Source: Octopus vulgaris (Eukaryota). Taken from it: a DNA stretch of 64,000 bases. Under the pieces are notes generated by a model. The model saw only the letters and a list, made by a program, of their open reading frames with translations. It did not search any database and was not told the DNA's origin. Below, piece by piece: positions 1 to 12,977 of the stretch. The stretch lies in the NCBI GenBank assembly GCA_951406725.2, contig OX597842.1, forward strand, positions 2,604,001 to 2,668,000. Direction: 5' to 3'. How positions within the stretch are numbered: the stretch's first letter is position 1; the number at the start of each line of letters is the position of its first letter. The position numbers and the translations under genes are program-made.

Positions 1-635
1 TTATATTACTTTTATATCCTTCTCTAGTTTGGATTTACAGATTTCTCAAAGCAGGGATAGACATAACTGTCTTCACACAACGTACTCAACTAAACATGAT
101 ACTCCACTAAACACAAACTCCCAACAATCTCAATGACTCCTACAAATTCCTTCATCTCAACCAATATGCTACTCTGTATAAGAGTTCAGCTAGTTGGTTC
201 TTCCAATCCCACAGGAGTGTCAATGACTCTTGCCACAACAATTACTCGGAATGTATTAAACAAGGATTAACCAAGCATGAACGCTTAAGACAAACTTATG
301 AAAATTATTTAGACAAGCATTGCTATAAAATATCTTCAATGCCAGTGGAATTATAATAGAAGACTAAGATTAACATTATCTTTCGTCAGTGAAATTCTGG
401 AGTAGATTTAATCATTTATCCATCTTGTGTATCATATACAATACACAGGAGATGTTTCCCTGTGGTCCATGCATCAAATATGTTACAGACGTGGCCAAAA
501 ATTTGGAACATAGGTCTGAAAATTAGAATTTTTATATTTAGTGCCCAAATATATATGTTGTATGTATTTGAATCTAATTGTACTTGGGTATAACAATTCT
601 GATTTTCAAAACAATGATCCAAACATTTTGGCCTC

Positions 636-1232
636 AACTCTTTCACTTGTTTCAGTCATTTGACTGTGGCCATGCTGGAGCACTGCCTTTAATCAGAAAG
701 GTGGCAAGCTGGCAGAAACGTTAGTACACCGGGCGAAATGCTTAGCGGTATTTCGTCTGCCGCTACGTTCTGAGTTCAAATTCCGCCAAGGTTGACTTTG
801 CCTTTCATCCTTTCAGGGTCGATTAAATAAGTACCAGTTACGCACTGGGGTCAATATAATCGACTTAATCCATTTGTCTGTCCTTGTTTGTCCCTTCTAT
901 GTGTAGGCCCTAGTGGGCAGTAAAGAAATAAGATTGACCCAAGGACTTATTCTTTGTAAGCCTAGTACTTAGTCTATCGGTCTCTTGTGCCAAACCGCTA
1001 AGTTACTGGGACGTAAACACACCAGCATCAGTTGACAAGCGATGATGGTGGGGGACAAACACAGACACACAAATACATATATATATATATGATGGGCTTC
1101 TTTCACTTTCGGTTTGCCAAATCCAATCACAAGACTTTGGTCAGCCAGAGACTATAGTGGGAGACACTTTCCCAGTGGGACTGAACCCAGAACCATATGG
1201 TTGGGAAGCAAGCTTCTTACCACACAGCCACT
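636..1232 (-). mobile_element. tRNA-derived CORE-type SINE (family A), interrupted by a family B SINE
   Basis: Reverse complement of the family A tail (CAGCATGGCCACAGTCAAATGACTGAAACAAG) at 636-695 resumes at 933 and runs through the internal TA tract to the tRNA-like head. Confidence 0.8.
699..932 (+). mobile_element. SINE family B (Meta-domain-like central region)
   Basis: GGCAAGCTGGCAGAAACGTTAG...GAGTTCAAATTCC (B-box-like)...GACTTTGCCTTTCATCCTTTC..GGTCGAT..AAGTACCAG; near-identical copies at 23439, 26222, 41200, 58313. Confidence 0.8.
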
Positions 1233-1282
1233 ACACATTCTTTTCCTTCTTAATCACCCTCATTGGCTCATACATATATATT

Positions 1283-2028
1283 CTTTTATTCTTTTACTTG
1301 TTTCAGTCATTTGACTGTGGCCAGGCTGGAGTGCCACCTCAAAGGGTGTTAGTCGAAGAAATCGACTCCAGAACTTGTTCTTTGTAAGCCTAGTACTTAT
1401 TCAATCGGTCTCTTTTGCTGAACCACTAAGTTACAGGGACATAAGCACATCAGCATTGGTTGTCAAGCATGGGAGCGGGGAGACAACCACTGACATACCC
1501 ACACACAAAAATATATATATATATATCTTATATCAAACTTTTTAATACTTTTTGATAGTTATATATATTTAAAAAAATATATATATATAATTTTTAAAAA
1601 ATAAAAAATAAAAATAGAAATAAAAATTATAATAAAAATAAAAATAATAAAATATATATATATATATAAAAATTTATAAGTTTAAATTAATAATTTTAAA
1701 AAATTTTTAAATTTTAACTTTTAATTTAAATAATTTTAATTTTGAATTTTATATTTCATATATTTTGTATATTATATTAATTAATTTATTTCTATGTTTT
1801 GGTTTATGTTTTTCACTGTTTGATTTGCCTAATAGTGGTTTTATCTCTAATTTAAAATATATATATATGATGAGCTTCTTTCAGTTTCCCTCTACCAAAT
1901 CCACTCACATGGCTTTGGTCAGCCTGAGGCTATAGGAGACACTTGCCCAAGGGGCCAAATTGGGATTGAACCCAGAACCATGTGGGTTGGGAAGCAAGTT
2001 TCTTGCCACACAGTCACACCTGCGCCTA
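1283..2028 (-). mobile_element. SINE family A with an AT-rich insertion in its internal microsatellite
   Basis: Tail at 1283-1500 and head at 1870-2028 match the other family A copies. Confidence 0.7.
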
Positions 2029-2029
2029 C

Positions 2030-2345
2030 ATTGCCTCATACATACACAAGACAGTAGGGTGGGATTTGATGGCAATTTGGCTGTTATTTCTGTCAGTACT
2101 AGCTACCATTTAGAGGCCTCCCTCATTGGCTCATACATACATACATATATAGATATACGTAAGACTTTAGGGTATGATTTAAGGGAGATTTAGCTGCTAT
2201 TTCTACCAGTGCCAGCTACCATTTAGAGGTGTCCCTCATTGGCTCATACATACATATATAGATATAAGTAAGACTTTAGACTGTGATATAAGGGAGATTT
2301 GGCTGCTATTTCTAGCAGAGCAAGTGTCCATCTAGAGGTATTCCT
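2030..2345 (+). repeat. Tandem copies of the GGGAGATTTGGCTGCTATTTCT repeat unit
   Basis: Three units of ~110-120 bp; the same motif is arrayed at 14970-15870 and occurs inverted at 31480-31830. Confidence 0.7.
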
Positions 2346-2619
2346 TGTTTTGTCTCATGTTGTTGCTGTTAATGTTGTTGCATTTATGTAATGTTTACAT
2401 CTCGGATAACACAATAGATCGCTTGTTTGTGCATTGTTAATCCTTCCTCCCCACCACTCCCTGTTTGCTCATCCTTTCTCAGCCCAGGTTGTCTTCCCCC
2501 TCTCCCCTCCACCATAACCGCCCAAGGCCCTACATGATGCAATCTTGTTCCTGACATCAGCCACCCTTGTAAAAGAGGTTCATACCCGTAACAAGGAGCC
2601 GGTAACCTTAGCAACATTG

Positions 2620-2790
2620 TCATCATCATCCTCATCACTACCATCATCATCATCATCACCATCGCTAATGGTAACTATAAGAACCACATCAGATCCTTAC
2701 ATTTATAGCACTTGTGACATCACCACCACTACTACCACCACTACCACTACGACTACTACTACTACCATCACCACTACTACTACTACCACC

Positions 2791-2831
<41 letters not shown>

Positions 2832-3152
2832 CACTTCTACTACTACCACCACTACTACTACTACCATCACCACTACTAATACTAGCACTAACAGCATACC
2901 AATGCTAACACCACTGTTGCTACTACAATCACTACTACCACCATCTCCAACTACAACCTCTACCACCAACACCATCGTCATTACTACCATGACTGCTACA
3001 ACTACTGCCAACACCACTACGACCACCAACACCACTACGACCACCAACACCGTCACCATTATCACCACCTGCGCTACAACAACTAACACCACTGCAACCA
3101 CTACCACTATCACTTCTACAATCATTACCACCACCACCACCACTACTACAAC
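2620..3152. repeat. (CAT)n/(ACT)n/(ACC)n trinucleotide microsatellite
   Basis: Direct inspection; it explains the poly-Thr/Val/Leu ORFs. Confidence 0.9.
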
Positions 3153-3640
3153 ACAAACATTTGCCTTGATTACAACAAATTCTAAATTAATTCACTTTTA
3201 ATTAAAATTCAAACATCACAGCATCATACTACTGTTGTTTTGTGAGGTAGGGGTAGGGTGGGAGATTAGGTGTGGGATGGGTGGGTGGGTGAGAGCTAGG
3301 TGGAGAGTGGGTGGTGGAGTGGTAACGGCTGTTGTTGTTGATGACGTTGTGTGGTGCCATATCGGGCCTGATATAGTAAACCCCTGTCATGGTTGCAGTG
3401 GTAGAGAAGTTCGCTTTGTTGGCATGGGTTTGGTGTTTCAATCTTGTGCCACAGCAACTTGCTTCACCATTCTGTCATTGGCACTACCACCACTGCCAAC
3501 ACTACAACATTGCCACCACTGACACCAACCCCATAACTATTAGCACCAGCCCGACCCACCAACACCACCACTGCAACTGATAATGAACAATACAGCTACA
3601 GAAACTGAAAGAAGCCTGTCATATATATACATACATATAT

Positions 3641-4040
3641 AGGCGCAGGAGTGGCTGTGTGGTAAGTAGCTTGCTAACCAACCACATGGTTCCGGGTTCA
3701 GTCCCACTGCGTGGCATCTTGGGCAAGTGTCTTCTGCTATAGCCCCGGGCCGACCAGTGCCTTGTGAGTGGATTTGGTAGACGGAAACTGAAAGAAGCCT
3801 GTCGTATATATGTATATATATATATATATATGTGTGTGTTTGTGTGTCTGTGTTTGTCCCCCTAGCATTGCTTGACGACCAATGCTGGTGTGTTTACGTC
3901 CCCGTCACTTAGCGGTTCGGCAAAAGCGACCGATAGAATAAGTACTGGGCTTACAAAGAATAAGTCCCGGGGTTGATTTGCTCGACTAAAGGCGGTGCTC
4001 CAGCATGGCCGCAGTCAAATGACTGAAACAAGTAAAAGAG
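3641..4040 (+). mobile_element. Full-length SINE family A (tRNA-like head, CORE-like CTTGGGCAAGTG, internal (TA)n(TG)n, LINE-like tail)
   Basis: A-box-like TGGCTGTGTGG, B-box-like GGTTCAGTCCC, CORE-like motif; more than 25 full or partial copies in the window. Confidence 0.85.
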
Positions 4041-4046
4041 TATATG

Positions 4047-4343
4047 AGGAGGTGCAATGGCCCAGTGGTTAGGGCAGCGGACTCGCGGTTGTAGGATCGC
4101 AGTTTCGATTCCCAGACCGGGCATTGTGAGTGTTTATCGAGCAAAAACACCTAAAGCTCCACGAGACTCCGGCAGGGGGTGGTAATCCCTGCTGTTCTCT
4201 TTCATCACTCTTTCTCCCACTCTTTCTTCTGTTGGCCTGCTCGCTTAGCCAGCAGAGTGGCGTCATTTGAAGGCTAAAACAATGGGAAGCGCATTGTGAC
4301 CAGCGATGTGTAGCAACATATGATAGCCTGGTCGGTCATGGTG
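4047..4343 (+). mobile_element. tRNA-derived SINE family C
   Basis: TGGCCCAGTGG A-box, GTTTCGATTCC B-box and a tRNA-like arm GGACTCGCGGTT; looser tRNA-like heads at 12615, 55681 and 59000. Confidence 0.65.
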
Positions 4344-4378
4344 ATATATATATATATGTGTGTGTGTGTATATATATA

Positions 4379-4815
4379 TCTATATATATATAAAGCTGAA
4401 GTTGTGTGTGTGTGTGGCAAGTTTCGTAGCATTTAACTATCTCCTCCAAGACCTTGCAGCGCAAGTTGACCAAATTTGAAAGTATGATAGAAGAAGGCTT
4501 GCTCTTCCTTCTGTAGAACAAAAAATTCAAACCAGACCATGTTAACACCAAAAATTATTTACTTCAAAATGGTGCTTTTTTTCTATGAAAATCCCTATTT
4601 TTTACGATTTTTTGACTGCTGTGTCACCATTTTTGTGTATTTCAACCAGAAAAATGTTCACTAAAAGTGAATTAATAACAAGCTACGTAATACAAAATTT
4701 TTACTTTTCAAAAATGATTGAAACTTTTTCAAAACTTTGTGAATGCGACATCAAAGTCTGCTGTTTTAAGCGCAACTAAAAAACAAACCCAAGCAAAGCC
4801 GGGCTATACTGCTAG
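4379..4815 (+). mobile_element. Non-autonomous Helitron-like element
   Basis: 5' A|TCTATATATATAAAG; 3' imperfect hairpin CCCAAGCAAAGCCGGG followed by CTAG|T; inserted between A and T in a TA tract with no TSD. Confidence 0.7.
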
Positions 4816-4895
4816 TATATATATATGTGTGTGCGTGTGTATGTATATATATATATGTGTGTGTGTATGTATATATATGTGTGTGTGTATGTTAG

Positions 4896-4933
<38 letters not shown>

Positions 4934-5185
4934 AATATGTGTGTATGTATATATATATATGTAAATATGTGTCTATGTATATATATACATGTAAATATGT
5001 GTGTATGTATTTATATATGTACATATGTGTGTATGTATATATATGTAAATATGTGTGTATGTATATGTATGTGTGTGTGTATGTGTATATATATGTGTGT
5101 ATGTATATGTATATATATATATATGTATGTATGTATATATATATGCATGAATATATATATATATACACACATATACATACATGTA

Positions 5186-5884
5186 TTTTTTTTATATCTA
5201 GTTGCAGCTCACAAGCTGTGGCCATGCTGGGGCACCGTCATTTGGTGTTGCTACATAATTTTACTTCGCAAATGCTTTTCAGGAATTGACATTTGGAGCA
5301 TGAGGGAGTTTGGTGCCACTGCCCTCATCTGCACCTCCTGCTGTGAAGTTGGTTCATCTGGGACACTTGACAGTAAGAGGTCCAACTTTAATTTGAAGAC
5401 ACCTACATCCACCCCATGCAGGTCAGTCAGGTCCTTTGGGAGGATATTGAACGGTTGTGGACCTCTGAAGCCCAGGTTATTGCAGTATCTTGTCCTATAT
5501 CTTTATGGCAAATTTGGAGTCCTTAGCACTATGCAGTGGCACCCAGTTCTAGAATTTCTGTAACTCTCGATGCCAAAGTTTGTGACAAGTCCTACCAGGT
5601 TCTTCCAGATGTATATTATGGCATATCTTTCTCGCCTACGCTCTAAGGAATAGAGTCTTAATCTCTTGAGTCTTTCCCAATAGCTTATATGCTGCATAGA
5701 GGCTATCTTCTTAGTGTAGCTTTGTTGGATTGCCTCAAGTTCTGAGATTAATTTGACACTGGTTGGTGACCACAGCTGAGAGCAAGAGTCAAAGTGGCTT
5801 AGGATAAGTGCCCTCCAGAGGACCATCATGGTTTCCTAGTCACTTGTTCTAAAGGTTCTAAGAATCCATCCGGTCAGCCGCCTA
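5186..5884 (-). mobile_element. 5'-truncated CR1/L2-group LINE (ORF2 C-terminus plus 3' tail), pseudogenised
   Basis: Translation ..WILRTFRTSD*ETMMVLWRALILSHFDSCSQLWSP..LEAIQQSYTKKI..SYWERLKRLRLYSLERRRER is typical of the CR1-group post-RT region; it has an internal stop and an A-rich tail. Confidence 0.85.
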
Positions 5885-6295
5885 TGCATGTGTATACACG
5901 CGTATACATGTATAACGTGTATACATGTATACACGTGTATAAATATGTATACACATGTATACATATTTATACACGTGTATACGTGTATACATGTGAACAC
6001 GTGTATACACGTATACACACGTGTATACATGTGTACACATGTATACACGTGTATAAATATGTATACACTTGTATACATATTTATACACGTGTATACGTGT
6101 ATACATGTGAACACGTGTATACACGTATACACACGTGTATACATGTGTACACATGTATACACGTGTATAAATATGTATACACGTGTATACATGTATACAC
6201 CTGTATACACGTGTACACGTGTATACAGGTGTATACATATGTATACACGTGTACACATGTATGCATATCTATATATATGTATACATATATGTATA
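5885..6295. repeat. Minisatellite with a 114-bp period built from TGTATACA(C) palindromic motifs
   Basis: GTATAAATAT recurs at 5937, 6051 and 6165. Confidence 0.85.
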
Positions 6296-6297
6296 AA

Positions 6298-7272
6298 CAT
6301 CATCATCATCATCATTTAGCGTCCGTTTTCCATGCTAGCATGGGTTGGACGGTTCTACTGGGGTCTGTGAAGCCGGAAGGCTTCATCAGGCCCAGTCAGA
6401 TTTGGCAGTGTTTCTACGGCTGGATGCCCTTCCTAACGCCAACCACTCCGCGAGTGTAGTGGGTGTTTTTTTACGTGCCACCTGCACAGGTGCCAGACAG
6501 AGCTGGCACAACGGCCACGAACGGATGGTGCTTTTACGTGTCACCGGCACGGGGCCAGCCGAGGCTGGCAACGAACATGAGCGGATGGTGTATTTACGTG
6601 TCACCGACATGGGGCCAGACAGAGCTGGCAAACGGCCACGAACGGACGGTGCTTTTACGTGTCACCGGCACGGGGGCCAGCCGAGGCTGGCAACGAACAC
6701 GTACGGATGGTGCTTTTACGTGCCACCGACATGGGGGCCAGACAGAGCTGGCAAACGGCCACAAGCGAATGGTGCTTTTACGTATCATCGACACGGGTGC
6801 CAGACGAGGCTGGCAGCGGACGATTGTTCTCACTGGTCTTGCCGGGTCTTCTCACGCACAGCATACTTCCACAGGTCTCGGTCTCTGGTCATTTCCTTGG
6901 TGAGACCTAGAGTTCGAAGGTTGTGCTTCACCACATCGACCCAGGTTTTCCTGGGTCTACCTCTTCCACAGGTCCCCTCAACTGCCAGGGTGTGGCACTT
7001 TTTCACACACCTATCTTCGTCCATTCTCGCCACATGACCATACCAGCGCAAACGTCTCTCTTGCACACAACATCTGATGCCTCTTAGGCCCAACTTTTCT
7101 CTCAAGGTACTTACACTATGTCGACTATGAACACTGACATTACACATCCAACGGAGCATACTAGCTTCATTTCTTGCGAGCTTACGTAAATCCTCAGCAG
7201 TCACAGCCCAAGTTTCACTACCATGTAGCATGGCTGTACGTACACATGCATCATACAGTCTGCCTTTTACTT
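6298..7272 (-). mobile_element. 5'-truncated RTE-clade LINE: RT C-terminus (6830-7272), 3' UTR with ~61-bp tandem repeats, (GAT)n tail
   Basis: [42 protein letters not shown] is the RTE signature; the tail ends GGACGCTAAATGATGATG. Confidence 0.92.
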
Positions 7273-7454
7273 GTATATATACGTGTATATATATATATGT
7301 GTATATGTATATATATACATATGTATACATATTTATACATATTTATATATATGTATACATATACATATGTATACATATATATACATATATATATACATAT
7401 ACATACATATATATACATATATATATATACATATATATACATATATATATATAT

Positions 7455-7942
7455 CATCATCGTCGTTTAACGTCCGTTTTCCGCGCTAGCACGGGTTGGA
7501 CGGTTTCGACCGGGGTCTGGGGAGCTAGGGACTGCCCCAGGCTCCAGTCTAGTCTGGCAGTGTTTCTACAGCTGGATGCCCTTCCTAACGCCAACCACTC
7601 CGCGAGTGTAGTGGGTGTTTTTTACGTGCCACCTGCACAGGTGCCAGAGGGGTCTGGCATCGGCCACGTCCGGATGGTGCTTTTTATGTGGGGGTGGGGC
7701 AGAAATATAGGGGAGCACCAGTGGGGAGGGGTGGTTCAGAGAAATGATGACAGGTTCTAGGCAAGTAGAACGTAGGATATCAAGAGAGGGGTAATGCATG
7801 GTGAAATAGCGTATTGAAGAGGGGGGTTCGAAGAGTAGACACCTATAATGGTGGTGGGAGAAGCGACATCCGGTATAGATGGAGCAAAAATATAGAGATA
7901 TCCGGTATTGGTGGTGGGGGTGGGCAAGGGCGGGTGCACCGG
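7455..7942 (-). mobile_element. RTE-tailed non-coding retroposon (copy 1)
   Basis: RTE 3' tail (7455-7690) joined to a ~250-bp non-RTE body; near-identical inverted copy at 62698-63186. Confidence 0.75.
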
Positions 7943-8126
7943 GAATATGACGGGCTGGCTTAAAAATGCTCTTAGCAAAGGAAGAGGGGGGGATGGCAGA
8001 CAGCGTAAAAGAGGGAGACAGAGAGAGAAAGAAGGGAAATAGCGGAACCCCGCGGAAATGGGCCGCCATTGAAAAAAACCCCTGTATGGAGAAATAATAT
8101 GCAATACGAGGCGAAGCTGAAAATAG

Positions 8127-8158
<32 letters not shown>

Positions 8159-9476
8159 ATAAGCAAATTTTCGACCGAGGATCAAAGGGACAACACTAAT
8201 AGTAATAATAATAAATAAATAATAACAGCTCAACCACATATATATATACACATATGTATACATATATATATATATACATATGTATACATATATATATGTA
8301 TATGTATACATATATACATATGTATACATATATATGTATATGTATACATATATATGTATACATTTGTATATATATTATATATATATACACGTGTATAGAT
8401 ATATATATATGTATATATACACACATATATATATATGTATACATAAGTCTTGGGTTCAATTTCTTTGACCAAATCTTTGTGTGTGCTCCAGTATGGCTGC
8501 AGTCAAATCACTGAGACACGTAAAAGAATGAAAGAATATATTTTTTCAAACGAACTGTTTTAATTTAGATCACTTGCACCCTTTTATACACTGCATTTGT
8601 TTGGATGAATTTAATAAAAGAATTTTGGCATTCCTAATTTGGTATTTTCCACTTTAAATGTATAAAATTTTGATGGAAAGTTTTTTTTGTTTGATCACTT
8701 TAACCCTTTTGTTAACATATTTTGCTGAAATATGCTTCCTTTTTTTCAATAATTTTGAAAAACAATGTGGAACAAGTGGGAGCTGTGGAAATTCCACAGA
8801 ATGAAAAAGACTGAGAGAAGCTATTTAAGAAAGAAAGAAACGATTATTTGTTTTTTCATAAGTTTGTTCATTTCCAGTCACAATAAAATATTCTGTGATT
8901 TTCAAAATTTCCCCCTGCTAAGCTCTTTATATTTCTCTCTCTCTCATTTGCCTCTTCAACAAACACTTTAACCATGTAATTCCCAAATTCCCAGTTTCAT
9001 ATCTCTCTTTCTCTTCACCTTTCCCCACCTCAACCTACAACACATCATTAACACTTCTCTCTCCCACTTTTCTCTCACCGTTTTTCCCACTCACTCACCA
9101 CCTCTCCCTTCAACTGACCATGTGTTTCATTTGGCCTTAGTGTATTATTATATTCCTCTCTACTCACATTACCCCTCCTCTCTAAACTCAAGTATAACGA
9201 GCAAACAAACAAGTAGATTATTTATATAGATTTGATAAAATAACTTTGTCATTATTTTCAATAATTTTTAAAGTAATGAAGAATTTAGTAAAATAACTTT
9301 GTCATTCATTAAGCAAGTATTTGGGGCATAAGTTAACAGGAAATGTTTGAAGGATGGTTTTTATTTGGGCGATTCTCACCCTATTTTGTTTTACCATATT
9401 TCTGTTGAAATTCACCGTTTTGGTTGCAATTAATTTTGAAAATAAGGAAGATTTTAGCAAAATAACTTCGTTATTA

Positions 9477-9641
9477 GGCGCAGGAGTGGCTGTGTGGTAA
9501 GTAGCTTGTTTACCAATCACATGGTTCCAGGCTCAGTCCCACTGCATGGTACCTTGGGCAAGTGTCTTCTACTATAGCCTCGGGTCGACCAAAGCCTTGT
9601 GAGTGGATTTGGTAGACGGAAACTGAAAGAAGCCTGTCGTA

Positions 9642-9708
<67 letters not shown>

Positions 9709-9910
9709 TTGTGTTTGTGTGTCTGTCCCCCTAGCATCGCTTGACAACTGATGCTGGTGTGTTTATATCGCCGTTACTTAGCGCTTCGGCAAAAGAGACC
9801 GATAGAATAAGTACTGGGCTTAGAAAGAATAAGTCCCGGGGTCGATTTGCTCGACTAAAGGCGGTGCTCCAGCAAGGCCGCAGTCAAATGACTGAAACAA
9901 GTAAAAAGAG
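9477..9910 (+). mobile_element. SINE family A, full length
   Basis: Matches 3641-4040. Confidence 0.85.
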
Positions 9911-11394
9911 TATTATTAATTAGGTGTTTAGAATTATGAAATTATGAAGGAAGATTTTGAAAGAGGGAGCTTGGAATAGTGAAGCAGGGATGATCTGAAG
10001 TGGGTTTGTATCATAAGGGTCAAATATTAACAAAGTCCCTCTTTTCTCATTCTAGCTGTCACCAATGTTTGCTGACACCCTGGTCAAAGGGACATTTAAT
10101 GTGAATCTCGCACGTTCATCCGAGATAGAGTAGACGCAGAGCATGACTGGTTTGAAGCAGAAGTGGAGCTGAAAGTCTTGTTGAAGATGTCACAGAAGAA
10201 GATTACTGATCTACTTTACATCTGTGTATAGAGATATATATTTAATAAGTTTGTTTGTGCACGTGTGTATGTATATATATAAATATATACACATACACAC
10301 ATGTTTGTGTGTATATATATATATATGTGTGTTTCTCTGTGTGTGTGTGTGAGTGTTTATATATATGCATTTATGTGTGTATATATACGTGTATGTGTGG
10401 GTGTTTATATATATGTGTATATATGCGTGTGTTTATGTATCAGTTCATGCACTTCCCTAACAGTTCCTGAGTGACCCGGTGTGTAATTGAAAACTCATCA
10501 AAATCTTTAAATGCTCCTTACACAAGCTCCGTTATCCAACTATACCAGCATCAACACCACAACACCTCAAACATATTGCTAGTTTTGTCCTTGTATTTTA
10601 TTTTTTTTTTTTGTTTTTCAATTTTATAATTGCAGGGATGGAGATGCTGCTGTTTTGTATGAGTTTCTTATTTTTCCTTTATTCAGAAATAAAATATTGT
10701 TATTAAATAAATGTTGCGGTTTTGTGTCCTCTTGAAAGTTTATGAAATATTTTTATGACATCAACGACATAAAGTTCTTGGTGGGGGAGAATAAAGTTTC
10801 TTGAAAGGAGACATTCAAAGGAATACTTTGGTATGATGGTAGAAAGCCTGTCATTCTTACAGGTGACTGGCATATGTTGTAGATGGAAACTGAAAGAAGC
10901 CCACCGTATATATATAAATATATGTATATATATGTATATATATGTTACTTAGCGTTTTGCCAAAAGAGACCGATAGAATAAGTACTGGGCTTACAAAAAG
11001 AATAAGCTCCGGGGTCGAGTTGCTCAATTAAAGATGGTGCTCCAGCATGGCTGCAGTCAAATGACTGAAACGAGTAAAAGAGAATATATGTACATCTATG
11101 TATGCATGTGTGTGTGTATATATATGTATAGTCACATACATGCACACAAATATACGCACATATCAGATATCAAGTTGTAAGTTATCACATAATATCGTAA
11201 ACAGTTTATCGTGGGTGGTGGGGATGGAGGGTGGACCCCCCCCTTACCTCGGCTCCCTTGCACCAACCCGTCTCCCCCACCCACACCTCTTCTAATTAGA
11301 CAGTGAGTGGCATCAGGTTTACTGAAACTCCTTCTACAGTGGAATCTATACATTCTTTAATAAATGATCTCACCCCCCCCCCCCACACACACAA

Positions 11395-11423
11395 TGCATA
11401 CATATATAGTATCTATATGCATG

Positions 11424-11479
<56 letters not shown>

Positions 11480-11768
11480 ATATATATATATATATACATA
11501 TATGTATGTATATACATATATGTATGTATGCATATATGTATGTATATATATATATGCATATATATGTATGTATATATATATATGTTTGTATGTATATATA
11601 TATATGTTTATATATATATGTATATATATATATGTTTATAGATATGTATATGTATATATATGTATATATATGTGTGTTTATATATATGTATATATATATA
11701 TATATATGTTTATAGATATGTATATATATATATATAATGTTTATATATATGTGTATAGATATATGTAT

Positions 11769-11842
<74 letters not shown>

Positions 11843-11923
11843 GCTTGTCTGTATGTATATGTATGAATATATGTGTGTGTGTGGCATATATTTTTGTATG
11901 GATAAAATAAATATGTGTATATG

Positions 11924-11979
<56 letters not shown>

Positions 11980-12082
11980 TTATATATATATACACACACA
12001 CAGTTTCAGCTCAGAGGTGTGCCCATGCATATATATATATATATATTATATACATATACCTTTATATATATATATATACATA
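11395..12082. repeat. (TA)n/(TATG)n microsatellite
   Basis: Direct inspection. Confidence 0.9.
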
Positions 12083-12289
12083 CTCTGTAGCCTCCAACCG
12101 AGGTCCTACGATGATTCCAAAGCAACCTGATACTCTTTGAAGGATTGCTGCTACTTTATTATCTTCTGACACTTTAGCAGTAGGGGTGGGTGTGGACGAG
12201 GAGTATTTGTAGTGGGGGTGGTGGCTCTTAGCTTAAAAGGGTGCCAAGTGGCTGGGAGGGGAGGAAGAATAAACTCATCTCCCCCTCTG

Positions 12290-12590
12290 CTCTCTCTCTC
12301 TCTCTTTCTCTCCATTTCTCTTTCTCTTTCCTTCCCACACTTTCTATCTTTCTTTTGTCTTTCTCTGTTGTCCTTCATTCTCTCCTCTCCCTTCTCTCCA
12401 TCATTTATCTCTCTCTCCCTTATTTTCTCCTCCTCACTTTTTCTTTTCATCTTTCTATCTTCCTTCCTTTATTTTCTCTCCCTCTTCCTCCCACTCTCTC
12501 TTTCATCTCTTCTTTCTTCCTTTCACTCTCTCTTACCATCATTTCTCTCTCTCTCTCTCTTCCTCTCGCCCCTTCTCCACCACAAACTCT
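12290..12590. repeat. Polypyrimidine (CT)-rich tract
   Basis: Direct inspection. Confidence 0.85.
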
Positions 12591-12977
12591 CCTGTAGTAC
12601 TTAGGAACCAGTTAAGGCCCATGGCTTATTGGTTAGGGCATTTGGCTTTCACTCATAAGGTCATGAGTTCAATTCAAAGGATCAGCCTTGTCAAATTCTG
12701 TGTCTTACTGGCAAAACATTGTGTCTGTGGAGTACTCAGCCACTTGCACATTAATTTCATAAGCAGGCTGTTCCATTAATTGGATCAACTGGAACCCTTG
12801 ATCATTGTAAGCAATGCCTGTGTCCTTGAGCAAGACACTTTACTTCACGTTGATCCAGTCCACTCAGCTAACAAAAATGAGTTGTACCTGTTTTTCAAAG
12901 GGCCAGCCTTGTCATATTCTGTGCCACGCTGAATCTCCCTGAGAACTACATTAGGGGTATGCATGTATTTTGTTCAT

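Noticed and set aside
375-400. Isolated CTGANGA matches (also near 21886, 45822, 50215, 54509, 58743)
   Set aside because: No properly spaced GAAA/NUH with complementary stems, so these are chance matches.
2545-3201. 218-aa Thr-rich mucin-like ORF
   Set aside because: It is almost entirely an (ACT/ACC)n microsatellite with a TTG start, no signal peptide and no recognisable domain.
6465-6820. CRISPR-like regular repeats (TTTTACGTG.CACCG) spaced ~61 bp apart
   Set aside because: The spacers are homologous to each other, the array lies in an RTE 3' UTR, the context is eukaryotic and there are no cas genes.
8767-9230. Possible minus-strand Helitron (5' TCTATATAA..)
   Set aside because: No 3' hairpin or CTAG terminus was found.
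10040-10210. Unique segment after TTCTCATTCTAG, a possible exon
   Set aside because: All three plus-strand frames stop within ~80 bp and no homology is recognisable.
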